From: Chiloscyllium plagiosum
Taxonomy: Eukaryota
Length of the DNA stretch: 48,091 bases
Reading direction: 5' to 3'
Assembly (NCBI RefSeq): GCF_004010195.1
Contig: NC_057718.1
Span: 81,353,912 to 81,402,002, forward strand
The notes below the pieces were generated by a model. That model had not been told where the DNA came from. It was given only the letters and a program-made list of their open reading frames with translations, and did not search any database. A program made the position numbers and the translations under genes. Shown piece after piece: positions 24,801 through 35,559 of the stretch. Position 1 is the stretch's first letter; every line of letters begins with the position of its first letter.

Positions 24801-25135
24801 ATGTGGGGTGGGGACTAAAGTGTGTGTGCGCCTGCAAGAGTGTGTGCATGGGAGTGTGGGGGGGGGGCTCTACACGCAAGTGAAGTATATGTACAGGGTT
24901 TTGTGTGTGTACGCATGCACGGAGGGCGAGTGTGCACATGTGTGCAAGTGTATGTGCATGCAGAAGACAGCGTGCACGAGTGTGCACCCAAAGGGGTGTG
25001 TGCGTGCACGAAAGAGTGTATGTATCTGGGGGGGGAGGGGTTGTTCATGCGTGAAAGTGTGCGCACACGTGCAGGGATGTGTGCATGCATGAGAGTGGGG
25101 GTGTGTGTGCAGGAGGTTGTGTGCGCGAGAGAATA
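21831..25135. repeat. 3.3-kb degenerate (GT)n/TGCATG-rich satellite-like low-complexity array
   Basis: Continuous alternating purine-pyrimidine sequence. A ~35-bp unit gtgcatgcaggagagagaaggtgcatgcagggtgg is repeated about 4 times at 22268-22416, and gggctgcaattgcatgggggctgtgtgca recurs near 22993 and 23510. Confidence 0.95.
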
Positions 25136-25990
25136 CAATAAGTAACCTAAATATTGTACAAACTAAATAGGGTACAGAGATCATAGCAATTTATCTAAGG
25201 TGATGCTGTCAAAACAGGATGGTAAGAAAGATTTTGCAGATACAGAAGTGTGGTGGGGTCACCTGTAGTGCAACATGAACCCAAGACCACGGTCGAGGCC
25301 TTCTTCTTTGGTGTGGAACTTGGCTATCAGTCTCTGCTCAGTGATTCTGCTTTGTTATCTTGCAGTCCGCCTTGGAGGACACTTACCCAAACATTGGAGG
25401 CTGAATGCTCTTGACCGCTGAAGTGTTCCCCGACTGGCAATTGTTGCGTTTATCCATTTATCCATCTTTGCAGCATCTGCATGGTCTCGCCAATATACCA
25501 TCAATATGCCTCGGGGCATCCTTGCCTTCAGCGTATGAGATTTATAACATTGGCTGAGTCACATAAGTATCTGTCGTTTACATAGTGAATGATGTTCCAA
25601 AGTGTGATGGTAATATCCATGTTGATGATCTGACATGTCTTGCAGAGGTTGCCATGGTACGGTTGTGTGGTGTTGTGATTCCTGTTGTCCTGAAGGCTAG
25701 GTAGTTTGCAAACAATAGTCAGTTTAAGGTTTGGTGGTTGTTTGAAGGCACAAAGTGGAGGCATAGAGAAGATCTTGGCAAGGTGCTCATCATCACGTGG
25801 TGATGGCCACAAAAAACTTGGCAGTTTCTTCGCTCTGAGGAAGTACTCTATTGGTCGTACCATGTCTGCTCTTCTCGGAGGTTGTTGTAGATCTGTGCTG
25901 GAATTGACGATTGATGAGTTGAGCATCATATCCCATTCTTTTGAGGCTGTCCTTCAACACATAATGATGTCCATAGTGTTCTTCCTCATC
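25136..25990 (-). mobile_element. Penelope-like element (family A) ORF 3' part, degraded
   Basis: LKDSLKRMGYDAQLINRQF, AFKQPPNLK, NLCKTCQII and CDSANVINLIR. The ORF ends with GLDRGLGFMLHYR* near 25260. Homologous to 27890-28395. Confidence 0.9.
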
Positions 25991-26221
25991 ATTCTGATTT
26001 GTCCTCTCTCTACTCTGCACTTCAGAACTCAAACTCCAGAGGACAATGCTAAGACTGCAACCTAGAAGTCAAGTCTGAAATTACATAGTTCTGCATGCCA
26101 TGTCTCCTCCTGGAGATTAATGTGATCATACACTCCTATATTCTTCGTGCATTTAGCAAAATAACTTCACTACAGTGTTGCAAGTGATGGATGAATCCCT
26201 GTTAAGTATTCCATTTTCAGC

Positions 26222-26421
26222 CGCTCCAGTGCCATATGAAGGCAGTGCTGCATTGTAATTGGTGCCTTCTTTTAAATGATATGTTGTTTGCAGATCTTTG
26301 CTGTCAGTTTGGCTGTAATGTTTCTTGCTTTACAACAGTGACTATACTTCATTTCACCAGCTGTAAAGCACTTCTGGATATTTGGTGGTTATAAAAGATG
26401 CTATATAAATATAATTTTTTT
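26222..26421 (+). mobile_element. Internally deleted Deu-domain (AmnSINE1/SacSINE1-like) SINE remnant
   Basis: gcagtgctgcattgt..ggtgcc and the tail tacaacagtgactatacttc..gctgtaaagcactt..aaagatgctatataaat match the DeuSINE consensus as I recall it. Confidence 0.6.
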
Positions 26422-26858
26422 GCAGCCAGTTTAAAATAAAACATTAGTCTATAGCAACCCACTGTGGTTTGTTTTTGTGCTTAATTGGATTGCTGTGAAG
26501 TTATATAATAAAGGTTTCATTGATATACTATTCAGGAATGTATTGTATTGAAACATTCTTTTTAAAAAAGACTGCTGAAGATGTCAAGTATGTTTAAGTA
26601 TATTCATTCTGAGACTGATAGCTAGTAAGCATTACTTGAAGCTTTTGCTTGTATAAATCTTTTATGTCTGTAGCAGAGCAGATGCTGAATAATTATGTGG
26701 AATGTTGTTCAGAGCAGTAAGTGTATTAGCTGTTGATTTGCAGTCAAATTTAAAATCTCTCTCTCTCATGATTCGGAGATGCCGGTGTTGGACTGGGGTG
26801 TGCAAAGTTAAAAATCACACAACACCAGGTTATAGTCCAACAGGTTTAATTGGAAGCA

Positions 26859-26893
26859 CACTAGCTTTCGGAGCGACACTCCTTCATCAGGTG
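26859..26893 (-). ncRNA. Minimal type I hammerhead ribozyme motif (PLE family A), intact core
   Basis: Minus strand reads CAC-CTGATGA-a-GGAG-tgtcg-CTCC-GAAA-G-CTA^GTG, with helix I CAC/GTG, helix II GGAG/CTCC and palindromic AGCT at helix III. Confidence 0.8.
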
Positions 26894-27219
26894 ATCGTGG
26901 AGGGCTTGATCGTAACACAGAATTTATGGCAAAAATTTGCAGTGTGATGTAATTGAAATTATACATTGAAGAATTGATTGTCTATTAAGCCTTTCATCTG
27001 TTAGAATACAGTGATAGTTTCAATTCTTTCATGTGTACATCACAAAACCCTTTTTTTAAAGTTGCATTCTCGGGTTAGCTGTTAACAATGGTGATAGCTA
27101 GACAATATGTTGAAGGTGTTAGCCCCCTGTGTTCTCTGTCTATGACCTGATGTTTAGATTGATTCTAATCTAAAAAGTGAGATAACAGAGTTTTACATAA
27201 ATTCATGCAGTTTTTGAGC

Positions 27220-27889
27220 NNNNNNNNNNNNNNNNNNNNNNNNNNNNNNNNNNNNNNNNNNNNNNNNNNNNNNNNNNNNNNNNNNNNNNNNNNNNNNNNN
27301 NNNNNNNNNNNNNNNNNNNNNNNNNNNNNNNNNNNNNNNNNNNNNNNNNNNNNNNNNNNNNNNNNNNNNNNNNNNNNNNNNNNNNNNNNNNNNNNNNNNN
27401 NNNNNNNNNNNNNNNNNNNNNNNNNNNNNNNNNNNNNNNNNNNNNNNNNNNNNNNNNNNNNNNNNNNNNNNNNNNNNNNNNNNNNNNNNNNNNNNNNNNN
27501 NNNNNNNNNNNNNNNNNNNNNNNNNNNNNNNNNNNNNNNNNNNNNNNNNNNNNNNNNNNNNNNNNNNNNNNNNNNNNNNNNNNNNNNNNNNNNNNNNNNN
27601 NNNNNNNNNNNNNNNNNNNNNNNNNNNNNNNNNNNNNNNNNNNNNNNNNNNNNNNNNNNNNNNNNNNNNNNNNNNNNNNNNNNNNNNNNNNNNNNNNNNN
27701 NNNNNNNNNNNNNNNNNNNNNNNNNNNNNNNNNNNNNNNNNNNNNNNNNNNNNNNNNNNNNNNNNNNNNNNNNNNNNNNNNNNNNNNNNNNNNNNNNNNN
27801 NNNNNNNNNNNNNNNNNNNNNNNNNNNNNNNNNNNNNNNNNNNNNNNNNNNNNNNNNNNNNNNNNNNNNNNNNNNNNNNNNNNNNNNNN
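27220..27889. other. Assembly gap (670 N)
   Basis: Run of N. Confidence 1.
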
Positions 27890-28591
27890 GCCACTTTCCT
27901 CTGCTGCCTGTCCCGAAGTCCATCTTGGGGGATGGTCACCTGAAGGTCCGAGGTTGAATGTCCTGGACCACTGAAGTGTTCCCCAACTGGGAGGGAACCC
28001 TCCTGTCTGTTGATTGTTGTGCGGTGCCCATTCATCCGTTGTCGTAGCCTTTGCTCGGTTTCCCCAATGTACCATGCCTCCGGGCATCCTTGCCTGCAAC
28101 GTAAAAGATAGACAACGTTGGCTGAGCCACCTGCCATGTACAAGGTGGGAAGTGTTCCCACGTGTAATAGTGGTATCTATGTCTACAATCTGACACGTCT
28201 TGCAGCGTCCACCGTGACAAGGTTATATGGAGTTGTCCTGAGAGCTGGCAGTTTGCTACGAACAATGATCTGTTTGAGGTTTGGCGGTTTTTTAAAGGCA
28301 AGTAGTGGAGGTGTGGAGAAGGTCTTGGTGAGGTGCTCATCCTCATTGATAATGTGTTGCAGGTCACGAAGAACATGGCGTAATTTTGCAGCCCCTGTAT
28401 GTGTAGACATACATCATATGACTTAAAGTTTGTCATAACAAAGAATGCAGATTTGTCAGCATTTTCATCATTAGTCTTCTGAGAGATACAGGAACTTCTT
28501 GTGGTCAAAGCACGTGTAATCATGAAAATCCAGAAGTTGCTGTCAGTGATCCTGTGCTGGAGAAGTCCTCATGGATTGCAGTTGATTTGTA

Positions 28592-29378
28592 TCTTGATTT
28601 GATTTATTATTGTTATATGCACCCAGGTATAGTGAGAAGTTTTGTTTTGCATGCAGTGCAGGCAGATCATACCATACAAATTGCATCAGGGTAATGAAAC
28701 GGAGCGAGAAATATAATGTACAACTGCAGAAAAGGTGCACAAAGAGTAAGATCAACATTATATTCAAAATTTGAGAGGCCTATTCAGGAAAGTTTAATAA
28801 CAGCATGTGTGTAAGCTTTTGTGTCTTCTGTCTGACAGAAAAGTTTGGAGGAGATTATAAACCATGGTAGAATGGTTATGATTGGTCAGGTTGGCTACTT
28901 TCCTGAGGCAGCAGAAAGTATAGATGGAGTCAGTGGATAAAAGGTTGGCTTTTGTGATGGTCTGGGCTGTGTTCACAACTTCTGTAGATGCTTGTGGTCC
29001 TGGGCAGGGCAGCTGCCATACCAAACCGTGATGTATCCAAATAGAATGCTTTCTACGGTGCATCTATAAAAGTTGGTAAGAGTCTATACGAACATGCTAG
29101 ATTTTGTTAGCTTCCTGAGGACATAGATGTGTTGTTGTGCTTTCTTGATTGTCGCATCAATGTGCAATAGACAAGGACAGATTGTTGGTGATCATCACTC
29201 CTAGGAACTTGATGCACTTGACCATCTCCTCCTCAGCACCATTGATATAGATAGGGGTATGCTTTCCACCTTGCTTCATGAAGTCATTGATCAGCTCTTC
29301 TCTTGTGCTGATGTTGAGGGAAAGATTATTATCTTTACAACATGCTACCAAGCACGCACACACTTTCCTGTACTCAGT
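28592..29378 (-). mobile_element. Rex1/Babar LINE, RT C-terminal part and 3' end
   Basis: TEYRKVCACLVACCKDNNLSLNISTREELINDFMK..IYINGAEEEMVKCIKFLGV matches the Rex1 pattern WCxxNNLxLNxxKTKELxxDFR..FKFLGV. Short (AAATC)-like tail near 28592-28605. Confidence 0.85.
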
Positions 29379-29379
29379 C

Positions 29380-31210
29380 TTCATAAGACACAGGAGCAGA
29401 AATTCAGGTCATTCAGCCCATTGAATCTGCTCCACATTCAATCATGGCTGATACTCAAGAACCCTTGATACTCAAGAACCTATCTATCTCAGTCTTAAAT
29501 TTAAAAATCACACAATATCAGGTTATAGACCAACAGGTTTAATTGGAAGCACACTAGGTTTCGGAGTGCTGCTCCTTCATCAGATGACCACCTAATGAAG
29601 GAGCGACGCTTCGAAAGATCCCCCCCGACATTCTTGTAAACTCCATCGAGTCCTCATATGTTAAGCTTTTTATTCCTGGAACCATTCTTGTGAACCTCCT
29701 CTGAATTTGCTCCAGGACCACAACATCCTTCCTGAGATATGGGGCCCAAACTTGCACACAATCTTTCAAATGTGGCCTGACCAGAGCCTTCCGGAGCTTC
29801 AGAAGCACATCCCTGCTTTTATATTCAAGTTCTCTCAAAATAAATGCCGTCATTGCATTTACCTTCCCAACTACTGACTCAACCTGCAAGTTTATCTTGA
29901 GAGAATCCTGGACGAGAACTCCGAAGTCTTTTTGCACTTTAGATTTCTGAATTTTCTCCCCATTTAGAAAATAGTCCATGCCTCTATTCTTCCCACCAAA
30001 GTGTATGACCTCACACTTTCCCACTTTGTACACCATCTGTCACTTCTTTGCCCACTCTCCTAACCTGTCCAAATCCTTCTGCAGCCTCCCGCCACCTCAA
30101 TGCTACCTGTCCCTCTACCTATCTTTGTATCATTTGCAAACTTAGCCAGAATACCCTCAGTTCCTTCATCTAAGATTGTTAATGTATAAGGTTAAAACTG
30201 TTGTGGTCCCAACACTGAGCCTTGTGGAACATTGCTTGTTACCGGCTGTCAACCTGAGAAGGACCTTTTTTATCCTGGCTCTCTGTTTTCTGCCTGACAG
30301 CCAAGCTTCTATTCATGCTAGCACCTTGCCTCTGACACCATGGGCCCTTTTCTTACTCCGTAACCTCCCGTGCAGCACCTTGTCAAAGGCCTTCTTTAGT
30401 CCAGGTAGACAACATCCATTGGCTCTCCTTCGTCTAACCTGCTTGTTACTTCCTCAAGAAATTCTAGCAGATTTATCAGGCATCACTTCCCCTTGATGAA
30501 ACGATGCTGTTTTTGCCTTATTTTACCAGACATTTCCAAGTATTCAGAAATCTCATCCTTCACAGTGGATACGAGGATCTTGACCACAATCGAGGTTAGA
30601 CGAATTAGTCTGTAATTTTCCATCTTTTACCTTACTCCTTTTTTTAAGCAGGGTGTCATGTTAGCAATTTTCCAGTCCACTGGGACCCTCCCTGATTCTA
30701 GCGATTTTTGAAAGATCACCACTATCTCTTCAGCTATCTCCCTTGGAACTCTGGGGTGTGTCCATCTCGTCCAAATGATTTATCCACCTTCAGGCCATTC
30801 AGTTTTTCTAGTACCTTCTCCTTGGTGATAGCCACCATACTCAGCTCTGCCCCCTCACTCTCTTGAAGGTTTGGGATATAACTTGTGTCTTCCACTGTGA
30901 AGACTGATGCAAAGTAATTATTCAGTTCCTCAGCCATTTCCTTCTTCCCCTCTATCTGTCCAGCATTATTTTCCAGTGCCCAATGTCCTCTTTTGTGTTT
31001 TATATATCCATAGAAATTCTTAGTCTTCCTTTATATTACTGGCTAGCTTACCCTCATATTTAATCTTCTCCCTCCTTTTTTTTTTGTTGCCCTCTGTTGG
31101 TCTTTATAAGCTTCCCAATTCTCTGATTCCCCGCTGCCCTTCGCCAAATTGTATGCTTTCTCTTTGCTTTTATACCGTCCCTGACTTCACTAGTCAGCCA
31201 CAGTCGCCTC
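29380..31210 (-). mobile_element. CR1 LINE (RT and C-terminus) nested in the Rex1/Babar element
   Basis: MAEELNNYFASVFTVED, KCEVIHFGGKN and ALVRPHLKDCVQVWAPYLRKDVVVLEQIQRRFTRM. Confidence 0.92.
29499..29617. mobile_element. Tiny fold-back PLE (family A) pLTR insertion with two oppositely oriented hammerhead motifs
   Basis: 29499-29586 matches 26806-26893 (minus-strand CTGATGA..GAAA). It is followed at once by plus-strand cac-ctaatga-aggagcgacgcttc-gaaa (29589-29616). Confidence 0.85.
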
Positions 31211-32595
31211 CAGTCGGCAGTGGATATAGCTGAGTTCTTGAATATGGACCAATCCAATGATTCCAAGCAATCCTGTAGAAGCTGTTGTGCTGCCTCAGAC
31301 CAACACTGCACTGGCTCCTCACACTTCAATTACTGCTTGTAAGCAAGAAGGACGAACATGGCACTGTGATCTGATTTTCCAAAGTGCACAGAGGGTTTGG
31401 AGTGGCAGGCATCTTTGATGGTTCTATCGCAATGGTCGAAGATATTTGGCCCTGTGGTGAGGCAGGAGATATATTGATCATATTTTGGTAGTATCTTCTT
31501 GAGGTTGGCCTGGTTGAAGTCACTGGCTACAATAAACAAGGCCTCAGAGTATTCCATCTCAAGTCCATTTGTACTGGTGTATATTTCATCAAGAGCACTC
31601 TTCATGTCTACATCAGGTGGTATGTACACTACTGTCAGGATATTGGAGGTGAATTCGTGTAACAGGTAATAAGTATGGCATTCGTTGTTAGATATTCTAG
31701 GTCAGGATAACAGTAATTCACCAGGGTCACCATGTCTGAGCACCAGGTGGTGTAGATTAGGAGGTAGACCGCACCACCCCTTGCCTTGCTTAGGGATACC
31801 ATGTGGCCCATGCAATGTAGAGAGAAATCTCCAGGTTGTAAGATACAGTCAGGTGTAGCAGAAATGATCCATGCCTCTGTAAAACAGAGCACACAGCAGT
31901 CTGTCAGTTCCCTCTGGAAGGTAATTCTAACTTTGAGTTCATCCATTTTGTTCTCAATGGCTTGGACATTTGTCAGGGGTATGCTGGGGAGAGGATGACT
32001 TGAAATTGCATTGTTTCAGTCTCACCTGGAGGCCAGCGCCTTTCCCACATTTCTTGGTAAGTTGTCTGCTTCCGGTTGATACTGGATGTCAATGGTGGAA
32101 GTATGCTACCCTGGAAGATAAGTGTGTGCTCCCGATGGAATCTTCAGCACCCGTCACAGCCACAGGTGTTCTTGGGGTTCTTGACCTGGTTGAAATTACT
32201 GGCTCCAATAAACAATGTTTCATCGGGCCTCCATGTTGTCCAGTATCCTGAAGGTCAGTTGTCGTTCCTGGGTGGGGCAGGCTTCTTTGGAGTCAGGTCA
32301 CTGCAGGATCAGGTATTGTTCCTCAGCTGGTCAGGCTTCAATTCCGGGTTTTCTCAAGATCAGTAAGTTCAGGCCTGCAATAAGCCAGTAGATTTGCTTT
32401 AGACTTGCAGTTCCAGCATCGGTAATTGGGCCTGGTTGATCATAGAATCTTCAGACCTGCAATTAGATGTAAGAGAGCATTGTTAGTAATTTTAACAGAC
32501 TTAGAATTGAGGTTTAACAGTAAAACAATTGTAAAATATGCAAACTGCATAGAGAGCTCAGAAAGAATCACCTTGCTTTGACGCCATCTTGAAAA
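31211..32595 (-). mobile_element. Rex1/Babar LINE 5' part: APE endonuclease and 5' region
   Basis: MDELKVRITFQRELTDCCVLCFTEAW, YIPP, SDFNQANL, GKSDH and VQCWSEAAQQLLQDCLESLDW. Minus-strand CAAGATGGCG at about 32582-32591 is the probable 5' end; that boundary is uncertain. Confidence 0.8.
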
Positions 32596-32892
32596 AAAAT
32601 CTGTTGAACTGGCAAAAACACTGGCGTTAGTTTTCTTATAAAAACTATTCCAAAAGTTTTCCCTACCAGAGAAAAAAAATATTTGATCATGCTCTGAAAC
32701 ACTCAATACGGCAGTTTGTCATCAATGAACATCACATGGTAAAGTTTGGAACGAGTCCCGATCACACATGATCATGACCTTGGAGTCAAACTCTTGAAAG
32801 TGATTGCACCTTGTAAATTTATGTATTTAAGCATAGGCATCCAATGCAGTTTTCTGTAAGTAATGATATAAATAAAAATAAACACATCTTAC

Positions 32893-33001
32893 CATGTAAT
32901 TTTGAAATTTCCCTCAATGTATCGCTTAATCCCTTCTATTTTGAACTGGAGTTTTTCCATCTGATTATTCTCTTGCACTGGCTCCACTAGGCTGAATAAC
33001 T
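32893..33001 (-). CDS. Internal coding-exon candidate, 109 nt, phase 1 to phase 2: xLFSLVEPVQENNQMEKLQFKIEGIKRYIEGNFKIT(W/C)
   Basis: Acceptor cttttcttgtttctttccgcag| and donor ATG|gtaaga. Only one of three frames is open, and the sequence is not recognisably repetitive. Protein not recognised. Confidence 0.7.
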
Positions 33002-33172
33002 CTGCGGAAAGAAACAAGAAAAGCTGTGGTGGAAGAACTGGAGTCATGGAGGTAGAAAACAATCAATCAATCAAAAATGTCAGAAACAACGTAAATGTGG
33101 CAACATTGAGAGACATAAGAGTGCAGTTGAATTACACTTCAAAGTATTTAGTGAAAAATTCAAGTTAGAATC

Positions 33173-33350
33173 TCACGAACCTGCCAAGGCTCTTTCAAGA
33201 GCACCTTTCAAACCTGCGACCAGTGCTACCTGGAAGGACAGTGGGTGGATGGGAACACTATCACTTCCAAGCCACATACCATCCTGACTTAGAGCTATAT
33301 CACCAGTCCTTCTCCTATCCGGACAAAAATTTGGAACTTTCTTCCTAACA
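33173..33350 (+). mobile_element. Short 3' fragment of the CR1/L2-group LINE family
   Basis: Matches the reverse complement of about 42975-43165 (cagcac-ttccaaacc, ggaaggaca, ccatcctgactt). Confidence 0.7.
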
Positions 33351-33809
33351 GTCTCTGTTTACTTGGCTGCTATTCTTAAGTACTTGACCTCTGTGATTCT
33401 GAATATGGAAGAGATAGCAGAGACAACACAACCTAGGATGACAGAGAAGACACGTATCACCCCTTCATTTGCATTCACCCATCTGTAACAATGAAAAATT
33501 CAGCAAGATCCTGGTTGTATTTCTGTCTAACATTCACCAAAAGTGTCTCTCAGAGTTGGCTCATACCATCCTTCCAATTCTCCAACAAACTCCTTTCCTC
33601 TGCCAGGAATTGAAATCTCCCAATGTTCAGGCCCCATCAAACCTGCTGAAAATAAATTCATAGGCATTGTGGTTGTGTGTTGCAAGTCCTGAGGCTCAGA
33701 ACAACCCCACTTACGTAATTACACACCTGTCTTGGGTCCACAACCAACTATACAAACCATTCTCCCGTGAGGCTTCAGTAATGTTCCTCCTTTTCCCCAT
33801 CTCCTGTTG

Positions 33810-34100
33810 TGAGGAAGGGAGGGAAGAGCAAGCCAGATGGGAGTAGGTATGGAGGGGGATGGAGAAGAGCAGAGAGAAGCCAGATGGTTTAAGGGAGACT
33901 AGTGGGAGTGGTGGAGAAGGATCCTGGAGAGAAGGGGAGAGGGAGCAGGGATGTGTAGGGGCAAGAGTGGGAATCCTGGATGAGGGTAGAAAGGTGGGGG
34001 AGGAGAGGGGTTAGTCTTTGGGGAGAGAGCAGAGATGAAGGGTAAAAGAAGGGGAAGTGGTGTATGATGGGGAGGAGAAGAGAAGAGTGAGGGAAGTGGG
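33810..34100. repeat. GA-rich (polypurine) low-complexity tract
   Basis: Almost entirely G/A runs. agccagatgg occurs twice. Confidence 0.8.
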
Positions 34101-34734
34101 ATAACCCTTGCTACTTGAACTCCAGACAGAGGAGCTTTGGATGTTTTACTTTCAGTGTGATGTAACATTTTCACAAGAGACTGTGTTTTAAAGCATAACT
34201 CTGCAAATTACAGATTTGACAGCAATTGGATAATCAATATTCCATTTTGTCTGGTTACACAAACTTTGCTTTAAATTATGTTATTTCAAAGACCTAGAAC
34301 AAAATTGGTCTACACAAGAATCTGGGCTAGTTTAAGTAGAATGACTGCTTGCATTTCCTTTGCAACAACTATGAAGTAATTGGGCTTTCAGCTTTGGTCT
34401 ACTTGAACCAATTCTTTTCAGGTATTCTAGTTGTACCTCTTAGCTCCAAAAAAATAATTGGCCAAAGTCACTTCTACAAACAGAAGCCAATTACAGCTTT
34501 AGCTCAGGAAGCAGGTCTCTCCGTTCTTTGTCAGACTTTGATGGATGTAGACCTCACTGCAGTGATTGCACTTGTCATATCCTGTAGTCTGTGCAGCAGT
34601 AGACTGAAAGGTTACTGTTTAGTGTACAATTAATGAGACTGGATTGTTTGCCCAATGTGCCAATTGGAGATATATTGACTGTTGTCAAGCAATCAACACT
34701 CAAGTTTGATTCCGTCTTTCAACGATCTTGTGGC

Positions 34735-34945
34735 CCGTGCTATCTTTTTTCCAAGTAGCTGTATTTGTGTGTGCGTGCATGCATGCACGATCACAATGGT
34801 ACCTAGTGATGGCATTGACAATGAGCACAGATATTTCATAAATTGTTTGTTGATGTGGCTGTTAGCATTTTCAGGATTGTTCAACAAATGTTGCCCATTC
34901 TTGGAATCATATCTAACAGTAGATGGTCTGTTTGGCTTTTGCAAT
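34735..34945 (-). mobile_element. Degraded PLE (family D) GIY-YIG C-terminal fragment
   Basis: YDSKNGQHLLNNPENANSHINKQF resembles the PLE motif DSAIGQHLLxNPxCAxxYxxxxF. Probably the same family as 37396-38125. Confidence 0.6.
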
Positions 34946-35559
34946 TATGATGTAGACTGTGACCCCTAGTTCTGGACATCCCCAACTCTATTTACAATAA
35001 CATCTAATAGTTTATACTTTGTTTTTAGAAAAACATGAGGTTGATGAGAAGCATAAAAGCTCACATATATTTCAGTTGCAGTGTTCTGAAGTTCTCATGC
35101 AAGCATGTCATGTGGGAGGATGAAACCCTGTGGAAACTTTGAACATAATCTGGATGTCTTTCATAAGTTACTTATAAGTCACCCCTCCAAATCTCTGAAA
35201 ATGTAATCTCATGCAAAGTAAGTTTTGTGTCCCACAAGTGTTGCTCCCACGTAAGCCCACGTTAGTACAGCCTGATACGCAGTCCGGCAGATTTATTAGT
35301 GCAAAGGGAACAAACTTTTGTAATGTATGACCAGCAGAGCAAAATTCAGTATCATTTGTAGGGAGTAAGCTTTTTCTTTTGATCAGGGTGCTTATACATG
35401 ACAACTGACTACTGCTTCTGAGTGTTGCCTAATAGTCATACGTTTTCAAATCTGTTTTCATACTGTTAGCTGCCATTAGGTTTTTGAAGGCTTGTCGACT
35501 TCATTTCACAACTTCCCTGGCTGCTTTGCCATTTCCATCAGATTCCCTCTTTCATGTCC

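Larger units (their letters stand above)
26768..28395 (-). mobile_element. Penelope-like element (family A), young copy: linker + GIY-YIG + pLTR, spanning a gap
   Basis: LLAFKKPPNLKQIIVRSKL and SANVVYLLRCRQGCPEAWYIGETEQRLRQRMNGHR (VVY...YIG motif). pLTR at 26768-27219 carries a hammerhead. Confidence 0.95.

Noticed and set aside
21776..25184. Dozens of long His/Thr/Cys/Val-rich ORFs, up to 565 aa, on both strands
   Set aside because: GT/CA low-complexity DNA lacks stop codons in all frames. No domain structure is present.
27165..28161. ORFs of 250-322 aa
   Set aside because: Their length comes from the N gap. Only the GIY-YIG portion is real.
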